Of a stretch of 64,000 nucleotides of DNA, positions 22,535-32,830 are shown one piece after another. Position numbers and translations under genes: made by a program. The notes below the pieces were generated by a model, which worked only from the letters and a program-made list of their open reading frames with translations, had not been told where the DNA came from and searched no databases. Source of the stretch: Macrostomum hystrix. Taxonomy: Eukaryota; Animalia; Platyhelminthes. The stretch spans positions 3,348,001 to 3,412,000 of the forward strand of contig CATNEN010000037.1 of NCBI GenBank assembly GCA_950097015.1, given 5' to 3'. Positions within the stretch are counted from its first letter, which is position 1. Each line of letters begins with the position of its first letter.

Positions 22535-23876
22535 ACAACAGAAAGAGCTTGCAAACCAGCTTCCAAGACATCAGCAGCAGCAGCAGCAACAGCAACAGCA
22601 GCAACAACAGCTGGAGCTTTCAAACCAGCTTCCAAGACATCAGCAGCAGCAGCAGGAGCAGCAGCTTTCAGCAATAAATCAGTTGGTGCCAACTTGCCCT
22701 ACTGCCTTGACTGCCACGGTGGCCTCGGTTGTGAATTCAAGTCGAATCCGGCCAGCAGTTCCTTTTTATCAACAACAGCAAGAGCGGCAGTGGCAGCAGC
22801 AGTCACTGCAGTCTCCGTCTCGCTACCGATCGGAGTCCGAGCCGCCAGTGCAGCAAATCCAGGCCCCGCTGCCGAGAATCCCAGATCCTCTATTTGACTG
22901 GGATGCCACCGCTGCCTCGTTAGTTGCCCCGGCCATCGATCTGAGCCAGTCTCAGCCAGCCGCAACCCTCCACCAGCTGCAGCAGACATCCCCTCCTAGT
23001 CCTCATAGGCGCTTTACAGAGCCTTCGTTGCAGCCTCTGCAGACGTCAACACGGGCCGAGCCGGCCTATCCGATGTCGTCGATGCCGCGCGGTCTCTGTT
23101 TGGTCTTCAGCAACGAACACTATACCGGCCGTGAGCTTCAGGACAGGCCTGGCACCAGCCACGACGTGAAGCGGATCGAACATTTGTTCGAGGGCCGTCT
23201 GGGCTTCGTTGTAGAGGTGAAAAACGACCTGACTGGTCAGCAGATGCTTGACGAAGCAGCGGCTGCCGCCAAGAAGACTCACCGGCATAGGCGAGCCGAC
23301 CTTTTCGTTTGCTTTATTTTAGCACACGGTGACTCGGGCGGCCAGGTCTACGGCGTTGACGGCGTCAGAGTCCCACTGAACCACATTGCGGCTGCCTTTG
23401 ACGGAACTCGCTGCCAGGAGCTAGCTAGCAAGCCGAAGGTCTTCTTCGTGCAGGCCTGCCGCGGCAATAGGGAGGTCAACGATGCCGTTACTGTCCCCGC
23501 CCGGACGGAGTCAGATGGTCCAGCGCGCCCGCCAACGCTGCTGGAGTTGTCACCGAAAGACACCGATTTCCTCTATGGCTTCGCTTGTTGCGAGGACCAC
23601 CTGGCCTACCGCCGCAGCGACTCCGGCTCTCTGTTCATTCAAACCCTCTGCGACGTCTTGGAAGAGCGGCTGACTGACAAGTCAGCAGAGGTTGATGTGG
23701 ACGACGCCTTGACGGAGACAAGAAGACGTATCTCTGCAGGGCCAGTTGAACAGGCAGTCCGGCTTGTAGGTAAAGCCGGATCAGCAGCGGATATTCAGCG
23801 GATCTACACGTATATGGTGCCAGAGGTGCGAACCACGCTCAGGATGAAGCTGAAGCTGAGCCCGTGCGAATCCTGA
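21661..23876 (+). CDS. Ankyrin-repeat + polyQ + caspase (peptidase C14) fusion protein, 2 exons: 21661-22325 and 22424-23876, about 705 aa
   Basis: Exon 1 has about 5-6 ANK repeats (TALHLAI, GVTPL, WGADPN, RPLHWAA, FGADP). A 98-nt intron GG|GTGTAC...TTTCTCTTTCAG|G is phase 2 at both ends. Exon 2 has polyQ, then RGLCLVFSNE...R.GT..D, FILAHGD (His 23325), PKVFFVQACRG (Cys 23457), and DFLYGFAC...AYR...GSLFIQTLC. Confidence 0.85.
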
Positions 23877-24070
23877 CGCCATTTAGCTATTCTCTGTGAA
23901 CACTTAAAGTGAAGCGAGTGTTAAAGTTTATTAGAGTTTTCAACTACTTTAGAGTATAATTTTCTGTGGTTTGAATTTCGCAATTTTCTGCAACTTTGTA
24001 CTTTATAGGACGCTATCCCAGTTTGCATATGCATGTAGCATTCGCTATCAATGTATTAAAAAAATTCAAT

Positions 24071-24076
24071 AATAAA
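24071..24076 (+). promoter_or_regulatory. Candidate polyadenylation signal AATAAA for the ANK-caspase gene
   Basis: AATAAA about 195 nt after the stop codon, in AT-rich sequence. Confidence 0.35.
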
Positions 24077-25052
24077 TTATAGATGAACAGTTTCTTGTCA
24101 ATATCGTCATATTAAATCTCACCTTTGAATTGTGAGTTTTAGTATATTAGATTTGCTATTTTAGCCCCTCGGAAGCGCAAAAATTAAATCTGGATCAAAT
24201 TAATCCTCTCATTTAATAATGCCCTCCTACGCAAATAAGCAAATAATAAAAAAATGCGCATACTTTGATTTCACACTCTTAACACACTTTTCGGCACCTC
24301 TGAGCGGCCATTTTTCCCGCTTAATTTTATTTGATTGAATGACATGAGAGATGGGGTGGGTGAACAGTCTGATGTACATTGATTACACGAGCTGAGGGAT
24401 AGTTAAAGAGACAAATAGATGATAATGGGAGTCTATAACTTAGGCATCAATTTTAAGTTGGTTTTATCTTTAAAACACCAGAAGATCAAATATACCCGCT
24501 CTAATAAATTGGCAAACTCTGCTGGTTTATCATTGTCATAAACTTGGCTTGTGATTGTGGCTGGGAAAAATTTCTTTACAATCAACAGTTTCGTAGTCGT
24601 AAATAACTAAACAATAAGTTCTAGCCTAATTGAGCTGCAGTAAACATGTTTTCATCTCTTTTCAAGACGAGCATGTAATCACTTCAAAATAAAACTTGAG
24701 CAGGTAGAAATATAAACGTACTACACTCTAAACAATATTTTTCTACCACGAGAGAAAATGTGGACAATAGAAAAAAGTAGGTCAACATCATGTTACAACT
24801 ATTGTTTACTAAAGAATAAACGTAAAGGTAATTTTGATTGGATCAGGAAGCGTGAGAACATTAGAAACGCTCACTTGTTTTTTTCGGAAAAAAGCTAAAA
24901 ATGCACCAAAGAAAAACTTTTACTACAGAGCCTGTTTACTACACCGCACACATCGGTATTTAACCTCGTTGATAAGAGCCTCACAAAGCCAAAGGATATT
25001 TGTCTTAAGTCAAAGTAAAGGATTTCTACTGAACTTCGTCATCCTGCAAGCC

Positions 25053-28000
25053 ATGAAACATTATTCTCTGCTCGTCCTTGTGGGCTCTGCTCTCGCTCTT
25101 CAAGTGTGCGCTCAGCTCGGTAAGTTTCCTATTCTCTGACAAAAATCTCAAAGAATACTTTTTAAAGTCAGAAATTCCCAAGCCTAGGACAAGTACAGTT
25201 TCTTTTCGCGACGGTGGTATAATTCTATTCACAACCGGTTTTGTGTTGATCCCCACCAGATCCCGTGTGCGACAGCTGCCCCTCAAAGGACTGCACCTAC
25301 GACAAGGGACTGCTATGCAGCTGTAGCGGCGTCAACCGCACCATCGAGATTATCGACCCGGGTGACCGAAAGTACTTCAACGTCTCGTTGGGCTTCGTTG
25401 TAGACGACACTGGCAGCATGTTGACTGAGATCGCGTCCGTGAAGGCCAGCATTCAAGCTGTCGTCTGTGAGTTCACGTCATTCTTATGACATTCGTAAAT
25501 GAAAATTGTTTAGCAACAACTGGGTTTTCAATTTTAGCTGCCGTGCACAAACATTTCGACAAGCTCGTTATCGGTACTTTCAACGATCCGTACATTTCAA
25601 ACATGATCGAGTCGTCAAATGTCACTGCAATCAACAAATTCGTGAACATCATTAACGCTCATGCTGGCAGTGACTGTCCGGAGATGGCACTGCATGGCAT
25701 TCAGGAGGTGGCGAACCGACTGAGTCCCGGATCCGTCATTTTCGTGTTCACTGACGCGAGTGCCAAGGACCTCACTCTGGAGCCCGCCGTAAAGGCCTTG
25801 CTGCTGTCCAAGAACATCCGGTTAAATGTGCTGGCCACTGGAAGTCTCTGCGGCATGGGTGCCGAATTCGACAGACTCACGAACGCAACAAACGGAACCA
25901 TCTACGTGACACCAGACAAGTCTGATGTCGACTATGTGATGAACTACATCAAGAACTTCGCCAAGTATGATATTCGCTTCATTCGCGGCATGCCGACCAC
26001 TTTGGTTGACCTAAAGATTATCGCCAACGGAAGTGAGTCACAAAGTTAATTGATTAATTTTTGCATGTGCATTGCTATTTAGTATTTCTATTGATGTTTT
26101 CTCATGTATTTTACAATAATTACTTACTACTGATATATGTATTTACTATACTTTGTTGCAGCCTGCTCGTGTAAAACCAGCATCGAAAACTTGGTGTGCG
26201 CTCCACCCCCGACCAGAATCTGTCCATGCCCGGACGGCTTTGAACAGGTCGAGGTGAGGAAGAAGGTCTGCAAGCCCTGTCCATGCGAGCAGCAGAAATA
26301 CGGCTCCCTGGGATTCGTCATGGATGACACCGGATTGCTGGGCAGCGTGTTCTTCTCCGTGCGCACTCTGGTGGCGGGCATCCTGGCAAACAACACGGTG
26401 TTCAAGGACTTCATTGCAGCTCGGTACGGCGCACCTTCTGTAAAAAAGCTCATCCACTCCAGTAACAAGACCGTCATCCAGAACTTTGTCAACGTGATCT
26501 CACCGGCAATCGGAGGCGACTGTCCGCTGAATGCTGCTGTGACAGGCATCGAGGACGCGGCGAAGGAGGCCTTGAACAACTCCATGCTCATTTTGTTCAC
26601 GGACTCATCGGTCAACGACGCAAGCAGGCTGCCCTTTGTAAAGGCCCTGTTGCTATCCAAGAAAATTAAACTCTTTGTGGTCGCAAGTTCATTCTTTTGT
26701 GGTCCCCCAACAAGGAAAGAACTAGTTGATCTGGCCAATGTCACTGGCGGAGGTGTACTGAGGGCGACTTCCAAAGTGTCCGTAAACGAGGTGATTAAAT
26801 TTTTGATACCCGAATAGAGACAAAGCAAATTCTTTAAATCGCTAGATTTTCATTAACTCGTGCGTCTTCGATTCTAGGTTCTGGATTTTATCGCTCTGCC
26901 TGCCGCTGATGAACTTTCTCCACCTTGTTTGGACGACTTGCACTCATTGAAGCGTGCAGCTCGTATGCGAAAACATTACCGATTTTCTGAAAACCCGACC
27001 CTATGCGTTTTTATCCCCTCTATTTATTCTCCATCCCTTCTAATTGCAGCCTGTTGCACATGGATGATCGTTCACAAGTGCAAACCAATTGAATGTAAGA
27101 CGCCCGGCATGCTGTGATGCTTCAAACAAATAGGCTCTTTCTGTGTAGCAATCACGCTTTCGCACTCACCTTTGCTCACAGCTCCCTGCCCGCATGGATA
27201 CAAGCGAGTTGTCACGCACAACCGAGCCTGCGCACCACCCAAAGCCTGCAAGCCAAAGCCCGCAGGATCCCTGGGATTCGTTATTGACGACACCGGATCG
27301 ATGGGTGCCGAGATCTTCGCGGTTCGCATCCAGGTGGGATCCATCATGGCCAATAACACTGTGTTCAAAGACTACATGGTTGCTCGGTTCGGCGATCCTT
27401 ACACGAAAAATGTCATCCGATCCAGTAATGAGACCGTCATCCAGAGCTTCGTGGACGGCATCTTTCCGTCAGGTGGAGGCGACTGTCCAGAGTACGCCAT
27501 GTCGGGCATCGAGGATGCGGCGAAGGAGGCCCTCGATAACTCTGTGCTCATTCTGTTCACAGACGCTGCGCCCAAAGACGCGAACAAGACCGCTGATGTT
27601 GCTGCGCTGCTGGTGTCCAAGAAGACCAAACTGTACGTGATCGCCACTGGCACCTTCTGCGGCCCATCAGTGTACAAAGGAGAATTCGACTACCTGGCTA
27701 GAGCCACCGGCGGCTCCGTCATGACCCTCACTGCCAAGACGTCAGTCGGAGAGGTAGTAGTCTTTGCTAAACCTAAAGCACAAACTGTGAGGTTTTTATG
27801 GACTCGTTGCTTCACCGTAAGAGTTCCAAACAACACATGTTGCCTCGATTTCTTCAGGTGCTAAAATTCATCGGACTGGCTGCTTCCGGCATTACAACGT
27901 TCAGCTCGATGCCCGCTACGTTCGAAGACCTGAAAAACTTGGCGCCTTGTAAGTGATTGTGCTTGCGATTTTCATGATTTGTGGTGCACGAGCTAATTAC

Positions 28001-28087
28001 GCTCGTACATCGCATCGCATTGCAGCAAGCTGGTGCTGGACGGAGGAGATCTCGACCTGCATGTGCGAGTGCTACATGCGGAAGTGA
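25053..28087 (+). CDS. Secreted protein with three tandem hemicentin/VWA7-type vWA domains and Cys-rich linkers. 9 exons: 25053-25119, 25260-25466, 25538-26032, 26162-26790, 26878-26962, 27050-27094, 27182-27753, 27858-27948, 28026-28087; about 750 aa
   Basis: Signal peptide MKHYSLLVLVGSALALQVCAQ. Three SLGFV(V/M/I)DDTG motifs, each followed by DCP and LFTD/VFTD. All eight GT-AG introns are phase-compatible (1,1,1,0,1,1,0,1) and the frame is open to the TGA at 28085-28087. Confidence 0.85.
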
Positions 28088-29702
28088 GCAGTCAAGAATT
28101 GATCAGCCAAATTTGATCAGCCAATCATGAGACCGCTGCACGGTACTCTGTGAAATACATTGATTAGCATTAATTTCTTTTTTATGTTTCTCTTCTCTAT
28201 GGTCAGCTTTTATTGTCGGATGTACTCGTGTAGTGTTCTATTGTACCTACACGTATATTCGATCGCCTCCATCGCCTCCGAAGGAGGAGTTCCGCTAGTG
28301 GATAAACACGCTTTTCCAATAGTAAAATGTGTACTTTATGATACAAGAGAAGCGAAAACAACAAGAGAAACTATTTCACTTTTTGGGAGATTTTCAGCTA
28401 AAGTAAAATGAAAATCGAGTTTGTTATTTTCTCAATTTTGAAAGGAAAAGCTTACAACAGCAGCCTGAAGTTGTTCACTTAGTAACGCTTATGTATCGAG
28501 GGCAAGTCTCTTCTTCACAAAAGGACATCAAGCACGGGCGCCTCTAGGAGAACATGTCTTATCGTGCCTCCAGCAATTCGCAGCTAGTGTGTAAATTTAG
28601 CTAATTTTCTTTTACTTTCTCACGAACTGTCGTTAGAAATATTTATCTTCTAATACTCAAAATAGCATGGCTTATGTAGATTATTGTACGAACAAGAGAA
28701 GGTCAAGGAGTGGTCAGAAATTCTTCATAACTCCCTTTGTAAATAATCGCCTTCTAAGGTATTGGAACTAATCGCAACTTACAAAGAGTTTTAAACTACT
28801 AATTGAATCTGAAGTGAGTAGTGAGTCTTGCATTTATGCACAATTTTATAATATTATATTGGTGAGTCAAATCTGAAAAAACTGCGCAAGTGTTTCGGTA
28901 ATCAAATATGCCACGATAATTTGCTAGTATCGCCAGGTTTGGAAATTACTGTAGCGAGTGCAAGTCAGGTTAGCTACATAGCATTGCATAAACAAATTCA
29001 TGAGCCAATCAGCGCTTGAAGTGTATAATTCAGCGCTTCACTGGCAGACTGGCAGTTCTTGTCCAACAGATTTGCACTTCAGTTTTAATAGTCGCTCTTG
29101 CCGACTAATGCCACTTTATTAAACTTTAAAGAAATTCTTAAGATACTTTATTACTTGTTGAATTGATTCGTCGAGCTACATTACAATAAATATTTGATCA
29201 CCCCAACACTGAAGTATTCGGTATCCTAACGTTATCTCTGACGCAAATGAACCGCAGGTAAGCAAAGCACAAGTCAGTAAGTAATACTCGTATCTAAGAT
29301 CGTTTGTAGACTTAGCGAAAACACACTCAGTCGCTCCGACATGCAGCAACACAGAGAGACAATTCTGTGCACTCAGATTGAGTTAAACGCCTCTTTTATC
29401 GTCGGCGTTTTTTTAACTGTCTGGCAGGCTTTTGGTGGAGTTTTGCCAGCCTAGTATTAAAGCAATTTTCTATTTTTTTCTACAATCTTCTCTCGTCCTC
29501 TCTACCTTTCGCCGGCTGCGCAATGAAAATGGCGAACAAGCGAAATCTACTTGGCCATGGAGCTTTGCTAGTTTCTTGGCCGCAGACAGAGAGACAAACA
29601 ATCAGAGACAGAATGGCTTCGGCATTATAAATAGACTGACAATATTCTGCTAACAAATCTTTCATATCTTGTTGGGTTGTTCTTAGCTAAAGTGACTCCT
29701 TC

Positions 29703-32397
29703 ATGCCAGGCCCCGATCTGCAGCAGGAACAGCAGCTGGTGCTGCTAGAAGATGAAGTCTTTGACTTCGACGATCTGACTGAGTTTCAACAGCAACAACC
29801 GCCACCGGCTCCGCCGCCGCCGCCGTCGCAGCAGCAACAAACTGCGCGTCGTATATCCACTGTCGACCAGGATGTCAAAGACACTCGAGCCATGATTGCC
29901 AGCATGCTGGAGGGCCAGCGACCTCTCATGACAATGTCAGCCATGGACACGACGCCTGCAGCCTACCTCGAGTACCTCAGGACCATTGTGAACTGCGGCA
30001 GGCTCCTGCGTCAGCCGGCCCTGCCGCCGGACCTTCGACAGTCGGTGGCGGCCCTGCTGGCGCGTGCCAAACCGCTGTTCTGCGCCAACGCGCTGAACCT
30101 CATCGTTCAGACGGTCGCCGCGATCAAGTGGAGAAGAGCATAGCGTGGCCGGAGCAGCTGTGCCGGCATTCTGGGGCGCCACATTCAGCCAGCACGAGTG
30201 TCGTCTCTGGGTAGAGCTGGTTGAGACGCTGCTCTTCTTCTGGGCCGACAATGGCCGCGGCGGCAGCGGTGGCAACGGCAGCAGAGATGCCGCCTTTGTC
30301 GAGTCGTTCACTCTGGGCCTTCTTGATCGACTAGTTGAACTTCGATGCGCCTACTCGACTCCTGTTTCGGCAGCTTCAGACGAAGTCGGAGTCGAGCGTC
30401 TGGCCAGCGAGCTGGGCCGTCGGCTTCGCCCGAGGCACCTGCTGGCGCTGGGAGCTGGTGCTTACGCCTCACCTGGCATCGGAACCGGCCAGCGAAAACG
30501 GACATCACCGGCAAAGTCAGTGGCTCAGCAAATTCCTTGCTCCGTTCATACACATCCGCTTTCATTTGTCTTCCCCATCCGCTCCGATCCCTCTTCTAAA
30601 TCCGCTCCGATCCCTCTTCTAAATCCACTCCGATCCCTCTTCTAAATCCGCTCCTTTCCCTCTTCTAAATCCGCTCCGATCCTCTTCTAAATCCGCTCCG
30701 ATCCCTCTTCTAAATCCGCTCCGATCCCTCTTCTAAATCAGCTCCGATCCCTCTTCTAAATCCGCTCCGATCCTCTTCTAAATCCGCTCCGATCCCTCTC
30801 CTACATCCGCTCCGACCCCTCTTCTAAATCCGCTCCGATCCCTCTCCTACATCCGCTCCGACCCCTCTTCTAAATCCGCTCCGATCCCTCTTCTAAATCC
30901 GCTCCGATCCCCTCTTCTAAATCCGCTCCGATCCCTCTTCTACATCAGCTCCGATCCCCTCTTCTAAATCCGCTCCGATCCTCTTCTAAATCCGCTCCGA
31001 TCCCTCTCCTAAATCAGCTCCGATCCCCTCTTCTAAATCCGCTCCGATCCCTCTCCTACATCCGCTCCGACCCCTCTTCTAAATCCGCTCCGATCCCTCT
31101 TCTAAATCCGCTCCGATCCCTCTTCTAAATCCGCTCCGATCCCTCTTCTAAATCAGCTCCGATCCCTCTTCTAAATCAGCTCCGATCCCTCTTCTAAATC
31201 CGCTCCGATCCTCTTCTAAATCCGCTCCGATCCTCTTCTAAATCCGCTCCGATCCTCTTCTAAATCCGCTCCGATCCCTCTTCTAAATCTGCTCCGATCC
31301 CTCTTCTAAATCAGCTCCGATCCCTCTTCTAAATCCGCTCCGATCCCTCTTCTAAATCCGCTCCGATCCCTCTTCTAAATCCGCTCCGATCCTCTTCTAA
31401 ATCCGCTCCGATCCTCTTCTAAATCCGCTCCGATCCTCTTCTAAATCTGCTCCGATCCTCTCCTACATCCGCTCCGATCCCTCTTCTAAATCAGCTCCGA
31501 TCCTCTTCTAAATCAGCTCCGATCCCTCTTGAGAATTCCTGTATCTCTCCGCCTACTCAGACACGCAAATCTAAACCGCACCATTCTAGATCCACTCCGT
31601 CTTCGACAAGACTTCGTGGCTCGCAGCGGCAGGCACAGCCTCTACAGCAGAATCATCATCATCAGCAGCAGCAGCACTCCCTGCTGACGGAGACCTTCGC
31701 TTGCTTTCTCGATGCTGCGGGCTACTTGCTGCCGGCTCCGCAGCGGCCTCTGCCTTTGGAGACGGTCAAAGTGGCTCTGGAGGCCGTCACTATCGAGCGG
31801 GCCAACTCTGCAATTCGCCTTCACCGGCCGGACGACTTCGCCGACAATCTGGTGCGCTTGCAGCGACTTCGACGAAGACTTAACATGCTTTGGCCGGCCG
31901 CAAACCCTTTGGCAGTCTCCGCCTTGCAACAGCAGCAGCGGCAGCTGAAAGCCGGCCTTGACTCGGCCGTCACCGCTGCCGGCGTCCGTGAGCCCGCCGA
32001 CCTCGCTGACCTACTGGTTGATTTCGTTACCTACGCCACGGCCGCCTGCGACTACGAGGCCGCCTGGCAACGAGCTGTTGTCAAGGACGCTGTGTCAATG
32101 GCGCCATTTTTAATTAGCCGACTTTCGACTGTCCTTGCGGCCAACATTGGACCAGCCATGGCGGTCCCCGGCTGCTGGGAGACCCTGCCCGAGCGGCTGC
32201 GCAATCAGCTGGAGCAGCGATCGGCCCGACGCTTAGCTTCGGTGACGTCTGCAGCGGCGGTGGCGGCGGCTGCCGCGCCGCCAGCGGAAGAGTCGAGCAG
32301 AGGCAACCGACAACCGACGACAGCTGTCGACTTCGACATTGTTGTACTAAAGCGGGCCGACATTCAGCCCGAGTTTCTGTCACCGAACTCTACTTGA
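29703..32397 (+). CDS. Uncharacterised helical/Q-rich protein gene, exons 29703-30515 and 31590-32397, with an apparent frameshift at about 30131
   Basis: GC-rich coding-like ORFs 29703-30143 and 30145-30515 abut out of frame. Donor AA|GTCAGT (30516) and acceptor TTCTAG|A (31590) are both phase 2 and lead into the 31726-32397 ORF frame. No family recognised. Confidence 0.55.
30575..31530. repeat. 22-24-bp minisatellite (ATCCGCTCCGATCCCTCTTCTAA)n in the intron of the uncharacterised gene
   Basis: Direct reading, about 40 copies. Confidence 0.95.
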
Positions 32398-32830
32398 GGG
32401 TGTCAGCGTTTGGTCAGTCTGTCTGCCCGAGCCTATGAGCCCGTTTTTCAATCAGCCAAAACTGCCATGATTATTCCGAAATCGGCGAAATTCATACTTT
32501 TCAATGCACCATTCACGATTTGATTCTTTAGTTACTGTTCTTAATATAAAAATTATTTTTGGAAACAATTTCCCTTTGATATAAAGCATGAATTTTAATC
32601 AAACTATCAGTTCAGTGTTCGCCTCCTTTTCAAATGCTGCCAAAATTCAGTCTATTCAAAAATTTAATAGTAAAAACTATCTAGAATGTAAGATTAGATA
32701 CAAAATTAAGCAGAAAAGAGGCCAAGTTTAACATATATTTTTAGCAATCATTTAAATATGTCGAGCGCATGTGCGTTCTGTCTACTCTTAGTAGGAAAAC
32801 AAGAAAATGCGTGAGTTTGATGTCGAGAAT

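Noticed and set aside
22326-23876. Stand-alone 516-aa caspase starting at GTG 22326
   Set aside because: That GTG is the intron donor; the first 33 codons are AT-rich intron ending in a polypyrimidine tract and CAG.
30128-30143. A genuine 16-nt GT-AG intron
   Set aside because: Far below metazoan spliceosomal minimums and below the other introns here (70 nt or more). An indel is more parsimonious; kept only as a note in the finding.
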